A DNA stretch of 64,000 nt from an uncultured Thermodesulfobacteriota bacterium (GTDB taxonomy: Bacteria > Desulfobacterota > Desulfomonilia > UBA1062): contig CALOBW010000030.1 in the NCBI GenBank assembly GCA_942491525.1, forward strand, positions 157,156-221,155, in the 5' to 3' direction. Every line of letters begins with the position of its first letter. Positions within the stretch are counted from its first letter, which is position 1. A model generated the notes under the pieces. It was not told the origin of the DNA. It saw only the letters and a list, made by a program, of their open reading frames with translations, and searched no databases. Shown here in pieces: positions 26,755-39,374 of the stretch. Made by a program: the position numbers and the translations under genes.

Positions 26755-26828
26755 GCAATGTCGCTGTTGACACATTAAAATCAACAACATACCCTTGAAC
26801 CATGATTCACTCTTAAAGGAGAGATGTA

Positions 26829-27839
26829 ATGCGAGGTTCTAGCTTTATTGCCATTTTCATGGTCATGTTTTGCGCTGTTCCGGCCATGGCCCAGGAGAAA
26901 CTGATCTGCCAGCCGGCCATGAAGCAGGTCACCCTGACCGGCTACACCCGCGCCCAGAGCACGGTCACCATCACGCCGGAAGTTGCGGGCAAGCTGCAGC
27001 AGGTCAACTATGAGGTCGGCCAGGCCATCGGCAAGAAGCCCCTCTTCAAAATTGAGACCACCTTCATCGATCTGCAGCTGCAGACGCTGGAGCAGTCCAT
27101 CAAGCAGCTGGAGATCGGCCAAAAGCGGCTGGAGTCCAAAATCGTCCTGCTGCAGAAGGATTACATGCGCATGGACAAGCTCTTCAAGGGCGGCAGCATC
27201 ACCGACGTGCAGTATGACGCCTCGGCCGAGGAGCTCAAGCAGAGCCGGCTCGAGCTGGAGAGCGTCATCAGTCAGCGGCGCGCCGCCGGGATTCAGCTGC
27301 TGGAAGTTAAAGAGTTGTTGAGCCGCCACACCATCAGCGCGCCAGAGGGCTGGGTCATGACCCAGCAGTTCGCCGAAAAGGGCGAGCTGGTCGGGCCCCA
27401 GATGCCCATCGGTAAAATTGCCGACTTCCGCTCCCTGATCGTGCCCTTTGCAATTTCACCCGAAGAGCTCAGTGCCATCCAAAATTTGGGCGAAAACTTA
27501 AGCGGCAGCCTGGAGGGCCAGCCGGTTAAACTGACGATCAACTGGACCAACCCCGAGTTCAACGAGCAGACCCGCAAACTGGGCTGCGAAATCGGCATCG
27601 TCGACTACAGCGGCGATAAGCGCGGCGGGCTCAGGCTGGAGCTGGAGATCATGATCCCGAGCCGCGGCCTGCAGGTGCCCAAGGCGGCCGTCACCGCCCG
27701 CTACGCCAACCCGCGCGTGACCCTGGCCGCTGACGGCAGTGCGGTGCCGATCATGGTGCTGGGCGAAAGCGGCGCCAACCTCCTGATCGCCGACAACCCC
27801 AGACTCAAAGTCGGCACCGAGCTCAAACCGGCAGGATAG
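26829..27839 (+). CDS. RND efflux periplasmic adaptor (HlyD/MFP)
   Basis: Signal peptide, biotinyl-like lobes, coiled-coil hairpin (TISAPEG...KGELV); directly upstream of the RND permease. Confidence 0.88.
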   Translation: MRGSSFIAIFMVMFCAVPAMAQEKLICQPAMKQVTLTGYTRAQSTVTITPEVAGKLQQVNYEVGQAIGKKPLFKIETTFIDLQLQTLEQSIKQLEIGQKRLESKIVLLQKDYMRMDKLFKGGSITDVQYDASAEELKQSRLELESVISQRRAAGIQLLEVKELLSRHTISAPEGWVMTQQFAEKGELVGPQMPIGKIADFRSLIVPFAISPEELSAIQNLGENLSGSLEGQPVKLTINWTNPEFNEQTRKLGCEIGIVDYSGDKRGGLRLELEIMIPSRGLQVPKAAVTARYANPRVTLAADGSAVPIMVLGESGANLLIADNPRLKVGTELKPAG

Positions 27840-27843
27840 GCAT

Positions 27844-30800
27844 ATGAAATCAGTTGTCAGATTCAGCCTGAAACAGACAGTCTTTTTGAACGTGGTCTTC
27901 ATCATCCTGGTGGTCAGCGGCGCCTTCTCGATCCTGGCCATCCCCAAGGAGAACACCCACACCGTTGATGTGGGCATGGTCTTTGTCTACACCACCTACT
28001 ACGGCGCCTCGGCCGATGACGTGGAGCAGCTGGTGACCACCAAGATCGAGAGCGCCCTGGACGACCTGGAGGATGTCGAGTACATCCAGTCCCACTCGCT
28101 GCGCAACTTCTCCTTTGTGACGGTCAAATTCATCGATGACTCCGACTATAAGGACACCTATGACGAGCTGCGCTTCCGCTCGCTCAACATCAAGGATGAG
28201 CTGCCGCAGGGCGCCAGCGAACCTTTCTTCTTCTACATCGACACCCACCTCTGGATGCCGGTGATCAACGTCAACGTCACCGGCGACATCCCCTATGAGA
28301 GCCTCAAGCTGCTGACCGAGGAGCTCAAGGCCGAGCTGGTCAATGTGCCAGGGGTGCGCAACGTGGCCCTGGAGGGCGAATTTGAGCGCCAGTTCCACGT
28401 CTCCCTGGCCCCGGACAAACTGCGCCGCTACGGCGTCACCTTCGCCGAGGTCATCGCCGCCATCGAGTCAGCCAGCACCAAGGTGCCCACCGGCAACTTT
28501 GTCAGCCAGGGCCAGGAGTACATGCTGGATACCGGCCGTCAGCTGGCCTCCCAGCAGGAGGTGCTGGGCGTAATTGTCAAGCGCAGCGGCGACGGCTCCT
28601 TCGTGCGCATCCACGACCTGGTGACCAATGCGCGCATGAGCCACCGCGACCCGCTCGAGATCCCCTCGGTCAACGGCCTGGACACCCTCAGGCTGCGCGT
28701 GGTCAAAGAGGAGAAGGCCGACGCCATCTCGATTGCCGACGGAATCAAGGCCGCAGCGGCCGCCTTTGAGGAGCGCCACACCGCCGACGGGGTCCGCGTG
28801 ATCTTCACCAACGACTCAACCATCGAGATCAACGACTCCATCCGCATCCTGATGAGCAACCTGCTGATCGGCCTGGTGATGGTCATGCTGATCCTCTGGT
28901 GGACACTGGGCTGGCGCAACGCCATGATCACGGCCATCGGCATCCCCTTCTCCTTCCTCTGCGCCATCACCATCATGTACGTCACCGGCATCTCGCTCAA
29001 CACCATCAGTCTAGCCTCCTTCGTGCTGGTGACCGGCATCATGGTTGATGATGCGGTCATCATCATGGAGAACATCTTCCGCCACATCCAGATGGGCAAG
29101 GAAAAGAAGGAGGCCATCATCGACGGCACCTCCGAAGTCATGTTGCCAGTTATCAACGCGGCCCTGACCACGGCGCTGGCCTTCCTGCCCATGCTGCTGA
29201 TGACCGGCAGCACCGGCGACTTCTTCGGCATGATCCCCAAGACCGTCACCTTTGCGCTCTGCGCCTCCCTGCTGGAAGCGCTTCTGATCGTGCCACTGCA
29301 TTTTCATGACTGGGGCCCCGAGCCCAAAGTGTCAGCGAAGGTCAGCGACGACCCCTTCCAGCATCTGGAGAGCGGCATCTTCGCCCCCATCTGGCGCGTC
29401 TACCGCAAGGTCCTGACCACCCTGCTCAATCACAAGGTCAAGACATTGAGCGGCGTCTTCGGACTGTTCCTGGTGGCCCTGATGATCTTCATCCTCTCGG
29501 CCAGCGGCGCACTGAGCCTGATCAAGGTTGAGTTCTTCCAGGGCAACTTCTACCGTTACCACGTCACGATCGGCATGCCGCAGGGCACCAGCATCGACCA
29601 GACCGATGAGGTGGTGCGCGACCTCTCCCGGATGATCGTTGATTTCGGTCCCCAGGAGGCCCAGTCGGTCTCGGGCTTCACCGGTTTCTATGAGGAGAAG
29701 GACTACACCCGCTTCTCGGGCAGCAACTACGGCCAGCTGGTCATCACCCTGCCCGAGCGCAAAAGCTTAAACTTCCCGGACAACCCGGACAACGACCCCT
29801 TCCAGTACCTGGAGCTGGTCAAAGAGCGCCTCAACGAACATATCGCGGCCAGCTATCCTGAAAACCGGCGCCCCTTCATCAGCGTCTTTGTGGAGAGCGA
29901 CGGCCCGCCCACCGGCAAGAAGGTCAATATCCGGGTCACCGGCCTGACCCTGGATGACGCCCTGCGCGGATCGACAGCGCTGCGCAACTATCTGGAGAGT
30001 GACGAGCAGTTCGCCGACCTGCGCGAGCTGGATGATGACAGCCCCACCATGCACCGCACGGTGCGCTTCATCCCGCGCCAGGAGACCATCTACGAATACG
30101 GCCTGCAGCCCGGCATGGTCAGCGCCATGGTGGCCGGGGCCCTCAACGGCTATGAGGCCGGCCGCTTCCGCGCCTTTGACGAGGAGGTCGACCTGGTGGT
30201 GCGGCTGGCGCGCAGTGACGACCAGGGCAACCTGGAGGGCGCCGGGCTGAATGAACCCCTGGACGTGCTCGACATCCCGCTGATCGAACACAGCGCCTCG
30301 CCCCTGCTGCTGCGCGACCTGGTGGAGGTGGAGTATGCAATGGAGCCCAACGTGCGCACGCGCTACAAGGGCCAGCCATCCATCACCATCCGCTCGGACA
30401 TCGCGGCCGGCTCCAAGCTGGCGCCCACCAACATCCAGTACAAGGTGCGCGAGTTCGCCAGGAACAACCCCGAGATCTTCACCAACACGACCCTCTCCTT
30501 CGGCGGCGAGTTCGAGTCCACCAGCAAGTCCTACAAATCGCTGGGCTTCGCCTTCCTGATCGCCATCATGCTGATCTACATGGTGCTGGCCAGCCAGTTC
30601 AACCACTACCTGCAGCCGGTCATGATCCTCTCGGCCGTGCCCTTTGCCCTGATGGGCGTCATCTTCGGCCTCTTCTTCACCCGCACCACCTTCACCATCG
30701 GCAGCTTCATGGCCGTGGTGGGCCTGGCCGGCGTGGCCGTCAACAACTCTCTGCTTTTAATCGAGTTCATGAACAACCGGCGCGAAGCTGGTCTGAGCCC

Positions 30801-31044
30801 CAGAGATGCAGTTATTGAAGCCTGCGCCGCGCGCATGCGGCCGGTGGTCATCACCACCGTCACCACCATGCTGGGCCTGCTGCCCATGGCGATCGGCATT
30901 CCGCAGAAGTCCATCTCATGGTCGCCGCTGGCCATGGCCTTTGTCTCGGGCATCGTCAGTTCAACCATCCTGACCTTATTGATCGTGCCGGTGCAGTATG
31001 AGCTGGTGGAAAAGGTGCAGGAGAGGTTCCGCAGAAAGACCTAG
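27844..31044 (+). CDS. RND efflux permease (AcrB/AcrD/AcrF family)
   Basis: 1066 aa with 12-TM layout; GIMVDDAVIIMEN, VAVNNSLLL and RMRPVVITT. Confidence 0.95.
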   Translation: MKSVVRFSLKQTVFLNVVFIILVVSGAFSILAIPKENTHTVDVGMVFVYTTYYGASADDVEQLVTTKIESALDDLEDVEYIQSHSLRNFSFVTVKFIDDSDYKDTYDELRFRSLNIKDELPQGASEPFFFYIDTHLWMPVINVNVTGDIPYESLKLLTEELKAELVNVPGVRNVALEGEFERQFHVSLAPDKLRRYGVTFAEVIAAIESASTKVPTGNFVSQGQEYMLDTGRQLASQQEVLGVIVKRSGDGSFVRIHDLVTNARMSHRDPLEIPSVNGLDTLRLRVVKEEKADAISIADGIKAAAAAFEERHTADGVRVIFTNDSTIEINDSIRILMSNLLIGLVMVMLILWWTLGWRNAMITAIGIPFSFLCAITIMYVTGISLNTISLASFVLVTGIMVDDAVIIMENIFRHIQMGKEKKEAIIDGTSEVMLPVINAALTTALAFLPMLLMTGSTGDFFGMIPKTVTFALCASLLEALLIVPLHFHDWGPEPKVSAKVSDDPFQHLESGIFAPIWRVYRKVLTTLLNHKVKTLSGVFGLFLVALMIFILSASGALSLIKVEFFQGNFYRYHVTIGMPQGTSIDQTDEVVRDLSRMIVDFGPQEAQSVSGFTGFYEEKDYTRFSGSNYGQLVITLPERKSLNFPDNPDNDPFQYLELVKERLNEHIAASYPENRRPFISVFVESDGPPTGKKVNIRVTGLTLDDALRGSTALRNYLESDEQFADLRELDDDSPTMHRTVRFIPRQETIYEYGLQPGMVSAMVAGALNGYEAGRFRAFDEEVDLVVRLARSDDQGNLEGAGLNEPLDVLDIPLIEHSASPLLLRDLVEVEYAMEPNVRTRYKGQPSITIRSDIAAGSKLAPTNIQYKVREFARNNPEIFTNTTLSFGGEFESTSKSYKSLGFAFLIAIMLIYMVLASQFNHYLQPVMILSAVPFALMGVIFGLFFTRTTFTIGSFMAVVGLAGVAVNNSLLLIEFMNNRREAGLSPRDAVIEACAARMRPVVITTVTTMLGLLPMAIGIPQKSISWSPLAMAFVSGIVSSTILTLLIVPVQYELVEKVQERFRRKT

Positions 31045-32924
31045 GGCCGCGGCACCAGCCAAAGCACATCATAGGGGGCGAGCTCCAGTTTGAGTTCGCC
31101 CTCCACAATTTCATATTCCTGGCCGCTGATCATATCCAGCCAGCGGGCTTCAGTGCTGCCCAACTGCGCCTGGCCGACCGCCAGCTGCACCGCGGCGTTG
31201 CTGACATTGGTCAGGGTGACGATCATCTGATCCAGCTCCGGCGAGCGGCGCAGCAGGCTGAAGACCTGCGGCGCCAGCCGCAACACCTGCTGAGAGCCGC
31301 GCGGATGGAAGGCCCGCATGCTCTTGCGGACATCGGTCAGCTTGGGCAGTTCGCGGGCCAGACGCGAGATGCGAGAGTCCGGGTTGCGCAGTCGCTCCAG
31401 CAACTCATCCACCCCCACGTCGGCGCGGTTGATGTCACGGTTATGCTTGGTTGCCTTAACGCCCTCGGTATGGTTGCGGCTGGCCAGCAGGCCGTGCAGA
31501 TAGATGCCGGGCACGCCGCGCAGGGCCAGGGCGATGCTGCGCGAGGCGATGTAGCGCTTGATCTGCAGCTCTCGCTCCTCCTGGCTGGTGCTAAGCGAAC
31601 TGAACCAGGTGGTGTTGATCTCATAGGGTTCATGCTGGCCATTGGGGCCGCTCTTGTATGAGATCAGCGCCCCGCGCCTGAGGGCCTCCTCGACGATGAA
31701 GCTGATCTCTGCGTCCGGCAGGATGCCGCGCACCCCCATCAGGCCGATGCCGTCATGGGTGTCGAGCACATTGAAGAAGGTTGCCCCCTGCTCCGGATAC
31801 TCCAGCTCGGCGGCCCACTCGGCCAGGGCGCTGGCGTCACCGCGGTAGAAGGCGTGCAGCACCAGCGGCGGCAGGGCAAAATTGTAGACCATCTGCGCCT
31901 CGTCATGGCCGTTGCCGAAGTAGCTGATGTTGTCGCGATGGGGCACATTGGTCTCGGTCACCAGCGCCACCCCCGGGGCCACCGCATCCAGGATACGGCG
32001 CAAAAGCTTGACGATGGCATGACCCTGGGCCAGATTGGCCGAGCTGGTGCCCGGCTCATTCCAGATGTAGGTCACGGCGTCCAGTCTGATCATATTGGCC
32101 CCGTAACGCACATAGAGCAGCAGGGTTTCAATGATCCAGAGCAGCACCCTGGGGCTGCGGAAATTAAGATCCACCTGATCGGGCGAAAAAGTTGTCCAGA
32201 CCCAGCGGGGACCGTTGAGGGTCTCGAAACGGGTCAGCACGTCGCTGGTGCGCGGCCGCATCAGCATGGCGCGCTGCTCGGCACTCAGCCCCTGCGCCGA
32301 ATCATAGGCCACGAAGACATCCTGATAGGCCGGATCACCATCCAGGAAGCGCTCGAAGGCCGGCGACTGGCTGGAGGCGTGGTTGATCACGGCGTCAAAC
32401 ATCAGCTGGTAGCTGCTGCCGATCTGCTCGATATCATCCCAGCTGCCCAGCTGCGGGTCCACCAGCCGGAAATTGGTCACGGCAAAGCCCCTGTCCGATG
32501 AGTAGGGAAAGAAGGGCAGAATGTGCAGGGTGTTGAAGATGCGCCGCAGAATGCCGTCATGCTCCAGCACCTGGCGCAGGGTGTGCAGGGGGCGCGAGGC
32601 ACCGCTGCCCTTGAAGAGGTCACCATAGGTTATGAGCACGATGTCCTGCTGGGTGAAGCGCTCGCGGCGTTCATAGTTGGCCTCCAGCTCCAGCATGCGC
32701 TCGCTCTTATGCGCATAGTAGACCTGCAGGATGCGCATCAGCTCGCCCATGGACGCCGCGGCCCGTTCCTCGCCGTAGAGGAAGCTGAGACCGGCCAGAA
32801 TATCTTCGCGATCCGCCGCGGCCAGTTCAAAACGGGCGTTACCGTATTCCGGCCGCCGTTTGTGAAGGGTAAAATTGAGCTGCCCTGCATCGGCAGCATT
32901 TAGCTTCAAAGCTGTCTCATTCAT
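31041..32924 (-). CDS. GH13_18 sugar phosphorylase (glucosylglycerate/sucrose phosphorylase-like)
   Basis: HILPFFPYSSDRGF, WTTFSPDQVDLN, RLDAV, TETNVPH, THDGIG and PYEINTT; start reassigned to 32924. Confidence 0.88.
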   Translation of the reverse strand: MNETALKLNAADAGQLNFTLHKRRPEYGNARFELAAADREDILAGLSFLYGEERAAASMGELMRILQVYYAHKSERMLELEANYERRERFTQQDIVLITYGDLFKGSGASRPLHTLRQVLEHDGILRRIFNTLHILPFFPYSSDRGFAVTNFRLVDPQLGSWDDIEQIGSSYQLMFDAVINHASSQSPAFERFLDGDPAYQDVFVAYDSAQGLSAEQRAMLMRPRTSDVLTRFETLNGPRWVWTTFSPDQVDLNFRSPRVLLWIIETLLLYVRYGANMIRLDAVTYIWNEPGTSSANLAQGHAIVKLLRRILDAVAPGVALVTETNVPHRDNISYFGNGHDEAQMVYNFALPPLVLHAFYRGDASALAEWAAELEYPEQGATFFNVLDTHDGIGLMGVRGILPDAEISFIVEEALRRGALISYKSGPNGQHEPYEINTTWFSSLSTSQEERELQIKRYIASRSIALALRGVPGIYLHGLLASRNHTEGVKATKHNRDINRADVGVDELLERLRNPDSRISRLARELPKLTDVRKSMRAFHPRGSQQVLRLAPQVFSLLRRSPELDQMIVTLTNVSNAAVQLAVGQAQLGSTEARWLDMISGQEYEIVEGELKLELAPYDVLWLVPRP

Positions 32925-33110
32925 GCATTGACCCTGCCTGTACTTTTTATAGCATTCCCGCTCATGCGCCTTGTCGGCACTAAAGTCAAGAACAAAACAG
33001 CCAAGTTCAATCGACCCACAACAGCTTAAATTCACGCTTGATTTAAGAGCGCATAAGACCTAGACTCATCCCAATGTGCAGCTTGCACACCTTGCGATAA
33101 CGGAGCAGAG

Positions 33111-33893
33111 ATGGAGAGCGTCAGAAAACACGGAGCCCCGCCCTATGCCGTGGCCCTGGTCCACGGCGGCCCCGGTGCGGCCGGCGAACTGGAGCTGCTG
33201 GCCGCACAGCTTGAAATCAGCTCGCTGGAGCCCATGCAGAGCGCCTGCTCCATCGAGGGTCAAATTCAGGAGCTGCACAGCCAGCTTAAGGGGCATACGC
33301 CGATTATTTTGCTGGGCTACTCCTGGGGCGCCTGGCTGAGCATGCTCTTTGCCGCCCGTTACCCGGACCTGGTTAGAAAGCTGATTTTAATCAGCTGCGC
33401 GCCGCTTGAGGACCGCTACGCCCACAAGATTCACCAGACCCGCATGCAGCGCCTCGACTCCGAGGAGCAGCACGAGGTCAAGGAGCTGCTGCACGACTTC
33501 AGGGCCCACAACAACCAGGCCGACTTCACCCGCCTGGGCACCCTGCTGCGCAGAGCCGACGCCTTCTGTCCCCTGCCCCACCACGACCAGATCGAATGCC
33601 GGATCGACATCTACCGCAAGATCTGGCCCGAAGCCGCCGACCTGCGCTGGAACGGCCAGCTGATCGAAACCCTCAAAAAAATCACCTGCCCCGTCGCCGC
33701 CATCCACGGGGCCTACGATCCCCACCCCTACATGGGCGTCAAGGAGCCGCTGGCCAGGATCAAACCGCAGGCCAAGTTCCACCTGCTCAACCAGTGCGGC
33801 CATAAGCCCTGGATTGAGAAACATGCCCCAACTTCTTTTAAGACAGCATCGCCCGCCTCATGCCCAAATCTATCATTGATAGATTTAAAATGA
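33111..33893 (+). CDS. Alpha/beta hydrolase with replaced C-terminus
   Basis: VHGGPG, GYSWG nucleophile, GAYD and CGH; the last ~20 aa are read from AT-rich foreign DNA. Confidence 0.8.
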   Translation: MESVRKHGAPPYAVALVHGGPGAAGELELLAAQLEISSLEPMQSACSIEGQIQELHSQLKGHTPIILLGYSWGAWLSMLFAARYPDLVRKLILISCAPLEDRYAHKIHQTRMQRLDSEEQHEVKELLHDFRAHNNQADFTRLGTLLRRADAFCPLPHHDQIECRIDIYRKIWPEAADLRWNGQLIETLKKITCPVAAIHGAYDPHPYMGVKEPLARIKPQAKFHLLNQCGHKPWIEKHAPTSFKTASPASCPNLSLIDLK

Positions 33894-34846
33894 TCGAGAT
33901 CGATATAGAGTATAGCAACTTTGCGGCCTTCGCGATTGACCATGGCCAATGCTTGAGTCAGACGGTCCTGAAAAAGGTTGCGATTAACTAACCCGGTCAG
34001 ACTATCAAAATGCGCCAGTTGCAGAATCTGTTTTTCTGCTTGAATACGAGCAGCTTCACTACGCGCCAATTTCACATAACCAAACCCTAGTCCCAGCAAT
34101 GCAACAAACCAGATTACTGAATGAGCAATGAAAATTGCACCATGCACTTCATTGTAATCTCTGTGGAAAAGTCTCACAGGCAAAGTTACACTAATTCCAC
34201 CACGCAGATCACCCTCGCTATATCCTTGAGATGCGTGACATTTCAGACAAGATTTATCCACCTTTAATGGCATCATCATCCTGAAATAATATTTACCGTC
34301 CTGTTTAATACGTTCACTATAGTCAAAGGCGCCCTGCTCAAGTATTAGCAATGCTTTTTTTTCCCAGTTATCCGCAATGTTTTCGGGATTAATCGGATTT
34401 AAGCTAGTTATATGCCCGCTGACTACATTGCGTTGCTGAGCAAGGTCATAAACCTGTCGCGTCATATATGCCGGATTAATCATTGTCAGTTCCAACTCCG
34501 GTGAAACCTGAATATCACGCAGAGAGACCATTTCTGGAGTCAAATAACTATTAGGTTGATTTTGAACAGTCACCGGAACATATACTCCGCCATGCAGGCT
34601 ATTCCAGAGACGGTAAAGTTTATCCCGTTCAATTGAAGTTCTGCCGATCTCCTCAATTATGTTGTTAATCTCACTTTCATGCTGAATATTGCTCAACGCC
34701 ATTGAGATTAACAGAAACACTGACCAACAGATTGCCATAACAAGTGTTATTTGTTTTATTTTCAGTCCTGCAACATTATGAGCCATACTGTTAATATAAA
34801 CTGCTCTATTATAAATAGAAGAGGCATCATTTGCTTGGCATTTCAA
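33728..34846 (-). pseudogene. DUF3365 (heme-c) sensor - GGDEF protein, 3'-truncated
   Basis: TM - LHGGVYV...MINPAYMTRQ...CLKCH - TM - HFDSLTGLVNR...IDLDHFKSINDRFGHEAGDAVLKEV, then antisense hydrolase sequence; the GGDEF motif is absent. Confidence 0.85.
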
Positions 34847-34900
34847 GAATCCATCCTTATAATGTAAACTTATAGAACTTAAAACTTAAGGAGATATCGG

Positions 34901-35305
34901 ATGCCTTTAATAAACTGGAGCGATGAGCTTAGTGTAGGTATTTCAGAAATTGATCAGCAGCATCAGAAACTAATCAAGATGATAAACGACCTGGCTGATG
35001 CCATGCGCCAAAGACAAGGGAAAGAGGCCGTCGATCCGATCCTGAAGGGCTTGCTGGACTACACTGTGACCCATTTCAAGAATGAAGAAAACTATTTCGC
35101 GAAATTTAACTATTCTGAGACTGATAGCCATAAAAAAGAACATGCTGTGTTTATAAGTAAAATTGCAGAATTTAAAAAAGATTTTGAGAATAACAAAATC
35201 GGACTGACAACCAACATCCTGAATTACCTAAGCGATTGGCTTAAGAATCATATTATGGGTACAGATAAAAAATATACCCAACTCTTTCATGATAACGGCT
35301 TATAA
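34901..35305 (+). CDS. Bacteriohemerythrin
   Basis: WSDELSVGISEIDQQH, HFKNEE, HKKEH and WLKNHIMGTD iron ligands. Confidence 0.95.
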   Translation: MPLINWSDELSVGISEIDQQHQKLIKMINDLADAMRQRQGKEAVDPILKGLLDYTVTHFKNEENYFAKFNYSETDSHKKEHAVFISKIAEFKKDFENNKIGLTTNILNYLSDWLKNHIMGTDKKYTQLFHDNGL

Positions 35306-35495
35306 TAAATTTCAGCCCCGCCAACATTAAGCTGTCGGGGTAATTTGTCATCTCTCCGGCCGTCAGGCCGTATAGCTATATCCCTCTTTAAAGCCAAAGC
35401 TAAATTCACCATATCTAGCCATTATCTACACTATCCAATCCTTCATATATCTAAGCCACTGGATACCCGCCTACGCGCACTACTGTCCGGAATAA

Positions 35496-35639
35496 TCAAA
35501 ATGGTAGCCTCGGTTGTAATTTTTCCAGTTGTCGCCTTGTTCGTCGGCGTTTATCGGCCAGGTAGGCTTCGGTGCGCATGCGCTGGAACAAGGTGCTCCT
35601 CAGGATTTCCAATCCTGTTCAGGCCGGTTGATGCCCATG

Positions 35640-35650
<11 letters not shown>
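35496..35650 (-). pseudogene. Frameshifted C-terminal fragment of an unidentified gene
   Basis: ...HMGINRPEQDW/EILRSTLFQRMRTEAYLADKRRRTRRQLEKLQPRLPF*, with a 1-nt frameshift and GC-rich coding-like sequence. Confidence 0.4.
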
Positions 35651-38004
<2,354 letters not shown>

Positions 38005-38019
38005 AGAGAAGCAGAGACT

Positions 38020-38050
38020 AAAGGCCGGGCTGCAAACCCGGCCTTTTCTT
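38020..38050 (+). terminator. katG intrinsic terminator
   Basis: AAAGGCCGGG-CTGCAAA-CCCGGCCTTT-TCTT. Confidence 0.75.
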
Positions 38051-38078
38051 AGACACTCTTCAGGCCTATAATAGCGCC

Positions 38079-38546
38079 ATGACTCCGGCAATCAGCGTTG
38101 TAGAGAAAAATAAGATTACACATAAGATCCATGAGTATACCCATGACCCGGCCAGCCAGTCATACGGTCTGGAAGCGGCCGAAAAACTGGGCCTGCCGCC
38201 CGCGCGGGTCTTCAAAACCCTGGTGGTCGAACTGGACGGACGTGAGCTGGCGGTGGCGGTGATCCCGGTTTCTGCCCAGCTGAGCATGAAACTGATGGCC
38301 AAAGCGCTGGGCGCCAAGAAGGCCGCCATGGCCGCCCCGGCTGCAGTGCAGCGCGCCACCGGCTATGTGCTGGGCGGGGTCAGCCCCCTGGGGCAGAAGA
38401 AACGCCTCAGAACCGTCATCGACACCGCGGCCGACAGCCAACCGACCATCTTTGTCAGCGCCGGGCGCCGGGGACTTGAGATTGAACTCAATCCAGCCGA
38501 CCTGCTAAAGCTGGTCAACGGAGAGTTCCGGCAGATCAGTCAGTAG
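38079..38546 (+). CDS. ybaK: Cys-tRNA(Pro) deacylase
   Basis: MTPAI, VFKTLV, TGYVLGGVSPLGQKK and VSAGRRGLEIEL; TATAAT lies 6 nt before the ATG. Confidence 0.95.
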   Translation: MTPAISVVEKNKITHKIHEYTHDPASQSYGLEAAEKLGLPPARVFKTLVVELDGRELAVAVIPVSAQLSMKLMAKALGAKKAAMAAPAAVQRATGYVLGGVSPLGQKKRLRTVIDTAADSQPTIFVSAGRRGLEIELNPADLLKLVNGEFRQISQ

Positions 38547-39226
38547 CCCAGATCGTCCTTGACCGCGCGCAGGGCCGCAGCCAGCGGCATAATCAGGGCG
38601 CTGTGTTTTTTATGCAGATAGATATAGAAAGGTGCCTCAATCAACGGCGGTCCATGCAGCATAAACTCCTCTTGCGCGACGTCTGATTTCTGAATCGCCA
38701 CATCGGCATGCACCTTCATGGTGATCACCAGATCCCCATGCCCGGCCAGCAGCATCAGCATGGCAGCATCGGTGTTATTGGCCAAAACTATCTGGGCCGG
38801 GTCAAGCGCCGCCATGACCGCCAGTTCAACTATTTTAAAGCCCCGCGGAATAATTATGCGCTGGGTGGTGATATCATCAAACGAGCGGATAGGCGGTGAA
38901 TTTTTCAGGCTGTAGGCAACAAAAGCACTGCGGCCAAGCTCCTCCGGCACCATGACAAGATTCGGATATGATTTCTCAAGGCCGGCCACCCGGGCCGCGT
39001 CACCATCGATACGGCCCTCATTGGCCAGCACCAGCGAACGCTCAGCCGGCAGCTGCTCAATGCTTACCGTGTAGCCGACCTGGGCAAAACTCCTCGTCAG
39101 CAGCTCCAGCAGCATTGGACTGTTGGACGATTCCGGCGCTATGGTGGAACCCAGGACGATTGCCTGTTCTGCCGCCGCCAACGGCAGGCTGACCAGCATT
39201 ATCAAAACCAAGAGAAACTGTCGCAT
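38540..39226 (-). CDS. Stand-alone family-3 periplasmic substrate-binding protein
   Basis: Signal peptide, LPAERSLVLANEGRIDGDAAR and MLLAGHGD; start reassigned to 39226. Confidence 0.8.
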   Translation of the reverse strand: MRQFLLVLIMLVSLPLAAAEQAIVLGSTIAPESSNSPMLLELLTRSFAQVGYTVSIEQLPAERSLVLANEGRIDGDAARVAGLEKSYPNLVMVPEELGRSAFVAYSLKNSPPIRSFDDITTQRIIIPRGFKIVELAVMAALDPAQIVLANNTDAAMLMLLAGHGDLVITMKVHADVAIQKSDVAQEEFMLHGPPLIEAPFYIYLHKKHSALIMPLAAALRAVKDDLGY

Positions 39227-39324
39227 AACTAAATAATAAGCGTCTGCAGCCCCATGCCAATCGCCAAAGCAAATGTAGCCACAACCAGAATCTCCCCAAA
39301 ACTCCCGACTTGACTTCATCACCG

Positions 39325-39346
39325 TATTTGGCAAATATGCCAAATA
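39325..39346. promoter_or_regulatory. ArsR/SmtB-like operator upstream of acr3
   Basis: TATTTGGCA-AATA-TGCCAAATA perfect 9-bp arms, overlapping the promoter that follows TTGACT (39310). Confidence 0.65.
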
Positions 39347-39374
39347 TACAAACCGCTGCGACAAGGAGATCTCC

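Noticed and set aside
31041-33035. ORF-track upstream starts for several genes (33035, 11982, 23189, 22699, 39409, 40935, 47198)
   Set aside because: The extensions overlap neighbouring genes or promoters and lack homology-like sequence; downstream ATGs fit the SD/leaderless signals or domain boundaries better.
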